Assembly: GCA_028023455.1 (NCBI GenBank) | Contig: JAQFVV010000004.1 | Coordinates: forward strand, 26,040,001 to 26,104,000 | Length of the DNA stretch: 64,000 bases | DNA from: Epiperipatus broadwayi | Lineage: Eukaryota; Animalia; Onychophora | Direction of reading: 5' to 3' | Shown here: in pieces, positions 1-12,770 of the stretch | How positions within the stretch are numbered: the stretch's first letter is position 1 | Layout of the letters: every line of letters starts with the position of its first letter | Notes under the pieces: generated by a model | Databases searched by the model: none | What the model saw: only the letters and a program-made list of their open reading frames with translations | Told to the model about the DNA's origin: nothing | Translations under genes and position numbers: made by a program

Positions 1-118
1 TTTACTTATTGTTCACTCAGTCCTATAAGAGGGCTTAACTTAGATTACATGTTTATTTGATGCCTTAGAAATCTTATACTAATCCAGACCTGTATTTAGA
101 TATATTTTTACTTTATAG

Positions 119-211
119 TTATTTGGTCATTTTTGGAAGGGTGCATTCCTGGATTTTGGCTTACCCAATGTGTTGGCTTTTCATCAGTCATAAGATACTG
201 ATCGATTGCAG
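119..211 (+). CDS. Candidate internal exon of an unidentified gene (YLVIFGRVHSWILAYPMCWLFISHKILIDC)
   Basis: Acceptor ttactttatag and donor CAG|gttaca bound 93 nt. One frame is open throughout (phase 2 to 2) and GC is locally higher. No homology recognised. Confidence 0.35.
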
Positions 212-394
212 GTTACAATATATATATATATATATTGAGATTGCTCATTGTTATTGATATTGGTGTTATTTAAATGTTGACTGCATTCAATATATATATA
301 TGACTTCCTAACAGATTGTTTTATTGCAAACTTGAACATCAGTTATGTATAAGAGGTAGATCCTATCTATGTTTCAAGGAATATCTCAAACTAC

Positions 395-878
395 ATATGT
401 GCAACAGATCCCATCTATGTTGCAAGTATTATCTCAAAGCCATTCTAAAGATGACCAATAGCAAGTGTTCCATTGGGAAGATATAGCAGAGAATAGAACA
501 TATTGGAGAGCTACAATTAGACATGGTGCTGAAATATTTCAGAAAGATAAGTTTTCTGTCAGAAAAACTAAATGGCAATATTATGAAATCAAGTAAACAG
601 AAAATTAGACCAGAAAGTTTTATGTGTGGATGTATAAATATGTGCAACAGATCCCATCTATGTTGCAAGTATTATCTCAAAGCCATTCTAAAGATGACCA
701 ATAGCAAGTGTTCCATTGGGAAGATATAGCAGAGAATAGAACATATTGGAGAGCTACAATTAGACATGGTGCTGAAATATTTCAGAAAGATAAGTTTTCT
801 GTCAGAAAAACTAAATGGCAACATTATGAAATCAAGTAAACAGAAAATTAGACCAGAAAGTTTTATGTGTGGATGTAT
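395..878 (+). mobile_element. RTE-clade LINE 3' coding remnant, present as a 243-bp tandem duplication
   Basis: Units 395-637 and 638-878 differ at one base by eye. The frameshifted translation (HLCCKYYLKAILK..WEDIAENRTYWRATIRHGAEIF..RPESFMCGCICVSQI) resembles the RTE ORF C-terminus (W..LA.DR..WR..I..G...F, then a terminal Cys/His motif). Confidence 0.65.
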
Positions 879-3800
879 TTGTGTTTCACAAATAGAATAC
901 TCACTGCAAAACTCTTTTTTAAAGTAGTTCTCTTTGTTCTCTACCTTACTTTTTCATAGCTATTTATTATTACATATATATGTTATAATGATTAGAAGTG
1001 AGGACAACAAGTCTCATTATCCCCATTGAACAACTCCATTGAATAACACAATAAACATTATAGATATAGTCAGGGAACAAATATAAAAAGAGCATGAGCT
1101 ATTCTACTAATAAGGTATATCATCAACAAGAACAATCAGTAATCATGCTTTGTGACTTGATTTAAAAGAAATATATTATAATATCTGGACTAATTTTTTA
1201 GCCACTCAAATTTAAAGCAAAATATAATACATTTATCTGAATGCACATACTTACATGCTAAAATATCTATCATAAAAAATAATACTAAAACCTTGATTTA
1301 TGCTGATCATCATTAATTTGCTTACCACATGACTCCATGAGAGTATAGAGCAACTATAAACTATTTTTTAATCTGAAAATATAATGCAGTTAATTGACTT
1401 TAAAGGTGATCTTGATTTTTGTGCCATCTAGACCACAATCTGGATGTCCAAACAAACATATATCCCCACATATAAATATATTCACCACTATTGCTCTAAA
1501 GCTAGCTCAAGATCAAACTTAGATTATGTGACAGTAAACAAATGAAAATATAAATGTATACACTTAACTTAATTTATATTAAATAATTTTACTGAAATAA
1601 GTTACCAATTTCTTAAAGTATCATTCTATATTGAAATTAGATCACACACACTGCCAATTTATAGAACAGATATCTATTGAATAAAGACATTAACAACACT
1701 ATTATTATTTTTTCAACTATTTAATAAATTCAGAAAAGTTATGACTATGATAATTCCAAGTCTACTACATTTTTAATCAAAAAATATACTTTTATATAGC
1801 AAAACCTATTGATTCTTATTACTAAATTATTTAAAATTTACTTTGCTAAATCTGTAAACAACATTTCCCAAATAAAAGGTAAAAAACTTAAGATTGGCTA
1901 AAACCTTCTTTGCCTCTTTATGAAAATAGGAATGTCACATAGCCCTTTTTAAATTTTGGAAGGCAAATACAATAAATAAAAAAACATGTTTAACAAAAAA
2001 AACTTAACAATAATTAGTAATATTAAAAAATTATTTAGAAATTTAGTCATATAAATGGAAATGTGTAGTTTATGATGATTTCACCTTTTTTAGTCCTTTT
2101 GTAGTTATAACTTTCGGGTTTTTTTTATTGTAAGCCTCAAATGCTGAGTTTAAATAATTCTCCTTTCTTAAAAATATTCCCATTAATATTTTCCTTTTGT
2201 AGATCCAAATTTTTATTATGGTGATAAGTTCCACATCAACATAAATTCCCAGGATAGATAAACAGTTAAATTTATTCATTTGCAATATAATATTTTTCGA
2301 GTTAGCATAACTTGAAAAACATGTTAACCCAGTCTACAACTATCATGCTTTTAGATAAAACACAAGTCTTGTTGCATATTTATCCCAGGGGTATTTTCCT
2401 TATTTTATATTTTCTTTTAATGAAAAGCTGGTGATACTTATATTTTAGCGAAAACTTAGCATATAGTTTTCTTCATATTCATTTCAAAAAACATTTTTTA
2501 AACTAGTAGTGGGATTAGATTTATTTCAGATTAAAAACTTAACTTCTCACTATTCTCATACTTGGGTTGCTATTACTATTATCTCAAAAGCTAAATCAAG
2601 ACTAAATTTCTGACTATATTGTATATTGAAGTCTATTGCTTTAACCAGCCTCCTATCTTATTCTTTTGGAACACGACTATTATTCACTGAATCACTCAAT
2701 TTCTTAGAAATTATAGCATTAAATCCTGACCAATTGATTATAATTTTACAAAAAGGTTATTTCCCTTCTTTTTCCTTAAGTAGAATTACAATTTACTCTA
2801 ATTATTGAATTTTTTTTTTAACTACCAAAAATTGTTGCATTTAAGAATATTAAAATATTTATCATAAAATCATTTTTCTTGTATCAAATACATGAATAAA
2901 AAACCTTGGTATATAGATATATTATAGATGTAGTATATATATATTTCAAGTTTTAAGAAGAATCTGAAATAAGACTTTAAATATAAGAAAAACCTGAGAT
3001 TTTTACATTTACATTTATATGATATTTTTCTATATAGGAGGGTTCATTCTTTGTAGTTTGTGGTAAAATTCATAGGTATTATGGTGTTGTCACAATGTAA
3101 ACTAATCTCACTTGTTTACAATATATAAAGCAACATTTTTGGATCCCTGAGTGGTAATGCAAAATGCAGCCAATTTTTATTATCTATACAAATAAAATCA
3201 AGTTGGTGCAAGTTTTAAAAAGTCTTTATGATATTGATGAATTTTTCACACATTTGCTCAGCTGATGTTTTGATAAGGAATCATTCATTGTCCTTAGCAT
3301 AAATATATTAATATAAAGTGCAACATTTATAATGATAATGCATTCATTTACTATTTTGTTATCAATATTCTGATCAATAATGAACAACAACTTCCAACAT
3401 GTCAGTTATTGTTTTTTACCTAATCAAAGTTTTTTTTTTTTTTTCAAAAAATGCAGGTCAACACTTAACTTATTTACTGCTTAAATTTAAAAATCTTCAC
3501 AGATTTTTTTATACTACATAGATTATATATTTTTTGCAATGTTTTCTAAGCCATGCTTTGTTTGGAAAAATAAGAATAGCAAACTGAAGTTCTCAATCCA
3601 TAAATCCCATCCACTTCTGTCATGAATTATATCCAGTCCTTTCACCTCAATGCTTAAAGTTCATAGAAACTCCCAAGCAATAAAGCAGTTATTATTTTTT
3701 AATTATATGTAATAATTTAGAACTGTCATTATTGTAAATATAGGGGATTTGAACTCAGACTTTCAAGCAACCTTCAACTATCCACATTATCTCATATTAC

Positions 3801-6800
3801 TGATACACATGACCACACACATGTAGAAAAGATAATAATCACCAATATACATATTTCGTGCTGAACCAGCACTCATCAGTTGGTAACAAAATTTGTTGTA
3901 TAAAAAAATCTGTCTATAATATTTATTGTGGAGAAGTAATATTAGATTCATTATCAGTAAACTATAATGGCATTAGACAAATTTCATTCAAGAATGCTCT
4001 AAAATATATATGATAGCTGAATCCTAAAATCATTTGATATATTTTTCAATTGTCTTAATGTTATAATAATAAATCTAGTACTGCTAGAATATATAATCAT
4101 TAGATTGGGTATTTGAAGTCAATAAATAAAAATAGCTTTCTACATTTTTATAAAAAAACATGAATATGTTTTTATGAAATGCAAAAACCCTTTATATTTT
4201 AAACAGTGTCTCAAAAACTGTCTAAATAGGTGCAAAAACACTTTCTTTTAATGAAAGGGATGTAGAAGATAGAACTACAATTAGACAAAATTCTGAATTG
4301 TTTATAAAAAAAATTTCTACCGAAAAACTTAAGAAGACAGCTTGTAAAATATCAAAAATCAATTTAAATGATTGCAAGATAACAATCAGTCCAATGAATT
4401 ATACTGGATATATGTAAAATATTTAATGTTTAAAGACTGGTGAGTTTTGCTTCTATCAAATTTATTTTAAAAATTTTCTTCTTTTGCTTTTTTATATTGT
4501 TTTTTTTCTGTCTGTAGTTCAAAATGGCCATACTTATAAGTAGTTACAGATGATGATAGGTTAGTCGACTATAAATTAGAAAATGACTTTGTAAATGCAA
4601 TAATAAAATACTTTAAGATTAACAAGTTAATCACATATCATTTTTGGTTAGCCTCCGTAGACATAATAAAAAAGACTAAAGATTATTATTTTCTATATCT
4701 TCAATTCATTAATGTGGCAATCTAATAAGTGGTAGCAACTAATTTAACAATTTGAACTAAGTGGTAGTTGAACAAATAAGATAAACTACTCTTAAACCTT
4801 GGACAACAATGTTATTAATTCTTAGCTTGATCTACTCCATTAATTACATTTACATTGAGGCATTTTGCAATTATTAACTTCTTTTTGATTACTAAAACAT
4901 AATTACTGAAAGTAAGATTCAGTCTTCATTTTTCATAATTGATTAATAGTCTTAAAATTATTATTAAGATATATCGATTTTATTTAGAGTTTTCATCAGT
5001 ATTGGCAAATCTTTTATCAACAGAATGTTATCTATTTATAGCCTTAGGGAAAAGTGGTTTATTCCATTAATTATCTTAATTATTGTATATGTTACAGAAG
5101 ACTTGCTGTAATTATTTTTAACTTTTGAATATCTATAACATTGCACTATTTTTTTATTCTTTGTTGAATAATCATTTTTTAATAATTCAAATTACGTTTA
5201 ATTGTCTATTTTTAGTAAGTTTTAATCTTAGTATAATACTGTCATTATATATCTGACTGCCTTTTAATTATGCAGGATTTATTTTTACTTTGCTTTATAT
5301 GGCCTTTTATTTTTTTGTTAAATTTATGCCTAAGGTTTTTGCTCTTTCAAATTACTGTCATTAAATAGAGCCATGAAGTCTTGTGAAAGTTTAGTAAATA
5401 AACAAAAATACTTTTTAAACCAAGATTTTTCAGTTGTTTATTTTTGTAATTCCATAATGCCTTCTTTTTAATTTAAGCAACTCTCACGATGACTGGCATT
5501 ACAAGTTATGATAATTAGAAAAAAAATCAAAATATTTCATTGGTAAATCTGTACAGCCATACCTAGTGCAAAAATAATAGTAGTAAACTATGAAAGAAAT
5601 TGAGAAGTCATCTAATTAATTAGAATGGATAGGTTTAAAAATAAAGTAATGCCTAACAACAGTGTATCAATGCATATGATATTCAATACAAAATATTATA
5701 TTTGATATCTTTAAAAAATAGTAAATACTGAATGGTGATCATGTGATATTTCAAAACTTTTAAAATTTTATATCCAAGGTGAGCTAAAAAAATCCAAAGA
5801 TGAGTTTTTTAAAATTAATTTATAATAAAAAAAATCACTCAGTTGTTCAGCTCGCACAATAAAGGATAAAATAAGATCATTCTCTACTCTAGCACTATTT
5901 ATAGAAAGATTGAGTAATCAATGATTACTAGATGCCAAAGGATGGGTTTTGTGGAACACCCACTACTCAAGCTTACTGTAGATGTCACTAGAGTAGAGAG
6001 CTGCTCTTGCTTTATCATATATTATATAAGGTGAAGAATTAAGTAATTTGTTACCATAAATATTCTTAACTAACAGAACAATGTGGATATAGTTAATAAA
6101 AAAAACTATTAAAATATACATAGATTGGTCTAAAGCCAGATTTATATAACTCTTCAAACATGTTGACATAACTTAAATGATAAAATGGAGATAAAGATGG
6201 TTGTTAGGTGTATAAGTGTATTACCTATAATTTTAAATCCCAAACTTTATTAATGTAGATGAAAGCTAAAAATTAATATAAAAATGAAGGTTTAAAATGC
6301 ACTAAAGTTATCTGAAAATTTAAAAGTGCATGAGTTACCTGATAATCACTGCCACTAGATGTCCCGAACTATTTTATAATTTTTTTCATTCCTGGCTAGA
6401 AGGTATCTGGTATAATAAATTGAACAAGTAGAAGTTTCCAGTTTATTTTATACACATATATATAAATGATAGGTGAAATGGCTTATCTCTCTCTTCCCCT
6501 ATAGAAACACAATATAGAAGAAATATTATTTATCATGTTTGCCAATTTATCAATAGTTATTGTCAGCCATTTTCCATCTTTTGTTTTACTCTCTAGATAA
6601 GAATAGCAGATTATAGCTAAATTGTCTATAGAACATATACTGAGGGGAGGGACACAATCCTGATGAGATCTAAAAATAAATTTTCAAGTTTTCTTCATTA
6701 CATGTCAGCCCGAGTTTTAAACATGGCAAATATAGTTGTTCTGCTTATGATATACAACATGGAATAGTTTAATATCCAATGCAAAATGTCAAACTGCACC

Positions 6801-7009
6801 AAAAATATTAAAGTTAAATTACATAAATATATCACCCTACTGCCTAATTTTTTATCTGAGTTTGAGCAGAAAATTACAGAATAAAGAATAAGTGGTTATG
6901 TAAATATATCATCAGTATAGACGGCGAGATAATCAAATAAAATAAACAATTAGATAATTAAATAGGCAATGAAATATATAGAGAGAAACAAAAATATATG
7001 ATATAGAGA

Positions 7010-7610
<601 letters not shown>

Positions 7611-8399
7611 TACAATTATATATGAAATATATTTGAATACTTATGTCACTTATGCTGACGTTCTCAAAGAATTGTTTTATTTTATTTTTAATATAGTTTA
7701 TTAAAAATTTAAATTATAGGAAAAAATAAATTTATTCATAAATGCGTTTTAGATGTTTTTTTTTCCTTTATTAGAAAAGTAAAAGTTATAAAATTCTTAA
7801 ACGAAATGAATAAAAAATTTAAATTAAATATTTATTTCATAGTAATTATTCAAGATATAAATGAAACATTATTAAATTAATGTAAATATTCTCAGTAAAT
7901 ATATATGTTATAATTCAAAATTCAGACTGAACATATGTACTTCTTAGCACATATAACATATGTTACTTAGAATAAGCTCAATATAAGAAGAGGAATAAAG
8001 TCAAATGGAATTATAACGAAAAATAATTTTTTATAATATTATTATAAATATTTTTTATTAATTTTTAATCAAGTATTTACATAACTGTTATTTGTGTTGT
8101 GTTATATTTTTACTAATGATTATATTTGGTTATATTACATTTAAAAAAAACCTTTAAATAGTTCATCATATAACGAAAGCCTTTCCAAACAGCTACAATA
8201 GAACATACACTAAACAATGCAGCATTATTCATAAAGAATGACAACTCACAAGTGATAGCACTTTATAATTTTTTTTTCACTTTATCCTGACTATAAATAA
8301 GTAACCTATTTAGCAAATAATGTCCAATGGTCTGCTAGATTTGTTATAAACTGAAAAGTGAAAAAGAAATTCTAATCATGTTTAAAATCTGAAAAATTT

Positions 8400-8470
8400 C
8401 CAAGTTGGTCTGGCTTGAATTTAAACTCCAGGTTATATGCATGGCAGGTGAGTAGGCAATATAATAATAC
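8400..8470 (-). mobile_element. Degenerate tRNA-Gly(GCC)-like SINE or pseudogene fragment
   Basis: The minus strand reads ctcacctgccatgca...acctggagtttaaattcaagcc. This resembles tRNA-Gly CTCGCCTGCCACGCG...CCCGGGTTCGATTCCCGGCC after CpG decay. Confidence 0.3.
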
Positions 8471-9816
8471 ATTAGTATATTATTTTTATATATAATACAG
8501 AAAATTATTATTTGTTATTTAAACTTCATAACTCACTCCAGGTCACTGCATTTTACATTTTTGTACCATTTTCTCATAACTTCTCCATTTCTTTTTTAAT
8601 GTATGTTGCTATTTTATCATTATGATAAATTTTTTAAAATTCTCTAAAATTTGTATTTCCTTTTCTAAAAGTATGATCAAGTTATTTAATTATTTTTTGT
8701 AAATATGATAGAAATTTCTTATCTTATTAACCCAAATAATTTTTTTGTTCTTCTTCTTTAAAAAAAAACTTCACAAGTTTACATTCCATTGTAAAAATGA
8801 TCTCTGGATCAAATATTTGATTAACATCTTTTATATTTAATTTATTTACTGGAAAACATATGAGAGTTATAACTTGTTCTGCTGTATTAACTTTCTTAGC
8901 CAAAAAATAGAGTGTCTACAATTGGTGTAGAACAAAGATTTCCAAATAGAAATTGACTTGGTATCAGATCTATGTAATTAAGCATGTGAATAACTTGAGT
9001 TCAACCTTAGGGTGTTTTAAATTTCAGGCTATTGGTAAAATTTCACTGCTAAATGTATATGTGCATTGGTTCCAGATTTGAATTTTAAGTCCTCCCTGAT
9101 AAAGGTAAAAGTCAATAAAACAGAATGAAATGAAAATATTATAGCACAATAATATCTGGTATCTATTGATGTTTTAAGCTGATAGTAGATTGCTATATCA
9201 AATAAGGATATGAAAATCACATAATATTTTTGATTTATTTATTATATTGTTCATTGCACACAAAAAACAACAAAAATACTGGCTATGAACAATAGTTTTA
9301 TACAATAGAAATAAATTGTGATTTTGTTTTATAATAGAATTAATGGAGAAATTGTTATCTTAAATCCTCAATACTTACAATAAATTAATCTTCTCAGGAA
9401 ATTTTTATTAAAATCTAATTAATCACTGCAAGTATTACGTCATTTGTTTTCTCATTCTATCATTATTACCATAATCAATTTCCTAAATATTTAATAGTAT
9501 GTATGTGCTCACATTTTAATAATTTTTGAGATTTACTGTCAAAGTTTTAACTTTCTTTCCAAAATAGTTTTATAACTGTCAACAATTTTATTCCCACACT
9601 TTCTGAAATCAACATCATTAACAAATCTAATGTTTTCTTATAATATTATTTCACTGTTTCCAAATAATGGATTTATCTGTCATTTTGATTAGAATTTTAA
9701 ACAAATAATATTAGCAGAACTCTCTATACAGTAGTGCCACTCAATGCAAGCCAGAGTAGTCAATGGATGCAAGAAGGGTTATGCATAAAATCTCTATGTA
9801 GTGTTACTTACCAATA

Positions 9817-9858
9817 TTCCCACACTATTTTCTAACTTGTGGCTTTCATCAGTGAGGA
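9817..9858 (-). ncRNA. Degenerate minimal type I hammerhead ribozyme (A1 left arm)
   Basis: The minus strand reads UCCUCA CUGAUGA AAGCCACAAGUUA GAA AAUAGU G UGGGAA. The core is intact, but stem III and the cleavage triplet are mutated. Confidence 0.6.
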
Positions 9859-10377
9859 GCCTAGAATCTGAGAGCACTGTATGTAGATCTTAGGATCTAA
9901 TACAACCCTCTAGCAGCCACTTTTTATCTTTTTAGTTAACTCTAAAGCTATAAATTCAATATTAAAATATGATGTTTTCAATTCAAGCTCATTCACTTGT
10001 ATAGATCTGAACCCAGTTCTGCATCTATACATTTTGGTGTCTTTGGTTCTTTAATAAACATAGTCACCATAATCCTATTTGAAAGCTTGTGGAAGCATGA
10101 AGAATAGTGATCATGTAATGTTTCATGGTTTAATACCAATCCTGCCACACAGAATGTTGGTGACTATAGTTATTAAAAAACCAAAGATACCAAAATATAT
10201 AGATGTGAAACTGGGTTCTGATATACGAATATACAAGTGAATGAGATTGGATTAAGAGCATTATTGTGTTTTCATTTTGGATTCACACATTTATAGTTAA
10301 CTAAAAAGATAAAAAGTAGCTGCCAGAGGGTTGCATTAGATCCAAAGACCTAGGTGCAGTACTCTTGGATCCAAGGC

Positions 10378-10418
10378 TCTTCACTGATAAAAGCCATAAA
10401 CTAGAAACTAGTTGGGGA
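10378..10418 (+). ncRNA. Degenerate hammerhead ribozyme (A1 right arm)
   Basis: UCUUCA CUGAUAA AAGCCAUAAACUA GAA ACUAGU UGGGGA. G8 is mutated and C17 is missing. Confidence 0.55.
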
Positions 10419-10966
10419 ATATTAGATTAGTAGGCATTAGATAGGGATTTTATGCACAAATCTTCTTGCATCCATTGAGTTTGCACTGGACAGCCTTACT
10501 GTATAGAAAATTTTGACTCTGTTATAACAGCTTGTGTAAGCATAGGGAGTGGTCATGTTATGTTTAGTGGTTTAAAAAATAATATTTTTATTAATTTTAT
10601 ATATATTATCTTTTAAATTAGATTATTAATTGTTACCACGTTTCAAACATTTCATGTTTTTACTGTTCAAAATATCTAACAGAATGAACTCGTTTATTAT
10701 ATCAAAGGTGTTTTTAAAAGAATGAACTTGTTTATTCTATCAAAGGTATTTTTCAAAAGCAGTGAAATATTGTACTATTCCATTCTTTTCATTAATACCT
10801 TTTAACTAAAACTCTAAATATAACTTTCTTGTCTATTTTCTTTTTTTTTTTTTTAATTTGTAAAATGTTTTATTAATAAAGGTTAATTAATTATATATAC
10901 ACATTTAATATAGAAAAGAATCAATGATTCATTTATATATTCTCTAATTTTATATTGATAATATAC

Positions 10967-11013
10967 TGCATGAATTTTTCTACTAGATGCATGAATTTTT
11001 CTACTAGATGCAT
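10967..11013. repeat. 21-bp perfect tandem duplication
   Basis: tgcatgaatttttctactaga occurs twice, followed by tgcat. Confidence 0.9.
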
Positions 11014-11049
11014 AAATGTCTTAATTCAAACTTAACATTTAAAATCATC

Positions 11050-11147
11050 GTCAAGCGTTGATGGCCTAGTGGTTACCATAGTTGCCTTCCAAGCAGCTGG
11101 CCTGGGTTCGCTTCCCGGTCAATGCATTTGACATATGAAAAAAAAAA
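11050..11147 (+). mobile_element. tRNA-Gly(TCC)-derived short retroposon (SINE-like), copy 1
   Basis: Structure is GTCAA + 72-nt tRNA-Gly-like body (11055-11126, anticodon TCC, A and B boxes) + TTTGACATATG + poly(A). The exact 13-bp TSD atttaaaatcatc lies at 11037-11049 and 11149-11161. The D-stem cannot pair. Confidence 0.85.
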
Positions 11148-11567
11148 TATTTAAAATCATCACTGATGATAATACAAGCCAGAAATTTAGTCTAGAGATA
11201 TGTATATAATAAATCTGACCACCTAGTGTTTATTGATTAATCAAGCATACAACAGGTTTTGAATTGAATAAAGAAAAATTCTCACAAAAGGATATTTTTA
11301 TTTTAAAACAGATTCTAATATAAGTGACCATCACTATTTGTAGTACTAAATCCAAAAATGACAGTAAATGGTTAAAGCAAATTTACTTTACAATCAGATA
11401 TACATTCAATGCCAAATTAAAAAAAAATCCTATGTAATGGTCAGGTGAGAGTCTTCAGATATGGCAGAAATTTATCACTAAATATTGCTATTAGATTTAT
11501 CAGTTAAAATTTCTTATATTGGAGCATCAGCTAGTGTTTAACAATTGATATTTATATAGAAGTTATA

Positions 11568-11607
11568 ACTTACTAGTGAGGACATCTACTTACTAGTGAG
11601 GACATCT
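11568..11607. repeat. 20-bp perfect tandem duplication
   Basis: acttactagtgaggacatct occurs twice. Confidence 0.9.
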
Positions 11608-12591
11608 ATTCATATATACCATCTAACAATGCCCTCGACCACTGCTTGCAATTTAATTTACATACACTAAGTTGCTGACATTTTTAGACTCCTTTTAATA
11701 TTCACTTGGCAATAGTACATGATGGTACGATAATAGCAATAACTAATGGAAGAGACCATACTAAATTAACAAATAACAGACATTTAATATAAATTAAATT
11801 AGATTATATTAAAACACATTGTAATGATTATGAACTATTGTATTTTATAATTATTGATAATAATATAATGTCTATTTATGCTGTTGATAAAAAATTACTT
11901 CAATGGATCATGAATACACTTATATAATATTTTTCATATTTTTCTGAATATGATCATAAACCAAATTTCCATAGTAAATCATCTCATCATAGTCACATAG
12001 ACAAATATTACATGTTTAAGTACATCTAATTATATGGACTCAGGACACCTGACAATCACCATTGTACAAATTAATCATATACCTAATTCATAAATACATA
12101 AATTATATTTACAAATATAATTATACAAATAATTAATTCTAATAAATTTTTACTTAAAATGTAAGCAAAAAGTGCTGGAATTATTGGTCAGTTGTGTGCA
12201 TGCATTAAAAACATATCAATAAAATAAACTATGTAAAATATTGAAAAGAATTTACTAAATACATATAACTAAATAGATGTCCTCTTTACTGTATAAACAC
12301 TATATAAATATATAAAAGAAAATCAAATTAGTAACCTGAAAATAGAAATAATAATATATAGCTCAAAGTATAGGCTAATAACAATAATAGTCTTATAAAT
12401 AATATATGAGCTAATAAGCTTTAAGCCTTGAAAATATACACCTGGGCTATAATAATTTTTAAAAAATATATGTGAGCTAACTCAAGTGCACATATTCTGA
12501 TAATAATAATAAAGAGTAAACAATAAGCATTAATATGACAAATGCAAAAATTCAGCAAATTAAGAGGAAGAGAATTCTCATACTCCTTCTT

Positions 12592-12770
12592 TTAAAATAT
12601 ATCACATGACCACCTCTTATGCTTGTGTATAACTGTTGTTAAGACAGGCAAAACTCACTATATATATTGCCACACACAGCAAGCTAGAGTAATCAATGGA
12701 TGCCAGAAGGCTTGTGCATAAAATATAATAATTCTTAAATATTTTAAGCATGTGGCATAGAAAGAGTTCG
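12592..12770 (-). mobile_element. Family A element, short mirror-image copy (A6) with the tail on the left
   Basis: The reverse complement of 12592-12650 is gcctgtcttaacaacagttatacacaagcataagaggtggtcatgtgatatattttaaaa, the family tail. It is followed by arm sequence gagtaatcaatggatgccagaaggcttgtgcataaaat and a weak short inverted remnant. Confidence 0.65.

Larger units (their letters stand above)
9713..10576 (+). mobile_element. Family A fold-back element, longest copy (A1): inverted arm plus about 445-bp HHR-bearing unit
   Basis: The left arm (about 9713-10070) is the reverse complement of about 10160-10520. The tail motif gcttgtg..gcat..tgrtcatgt.atgttt..tggtttaa occurs twice, at 10085-10133 and 10530-10575. 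HHR motifs lie at 9817-9858 (-) and 10378-10418 (+). Confidence 0.85.

Noticed and set aside
140-195. CUGAUGA on the minus strand as a possible hammerhead
   Set aside because: No convincing stem I, stem III or intact GAAA, and it overlaps a candidate exon.
11055-11126. Functional tRNA-Gly gene
   Set aside because: The D-stem cannot pair, and poly(A) plus TSD indicate a retroposed copy.
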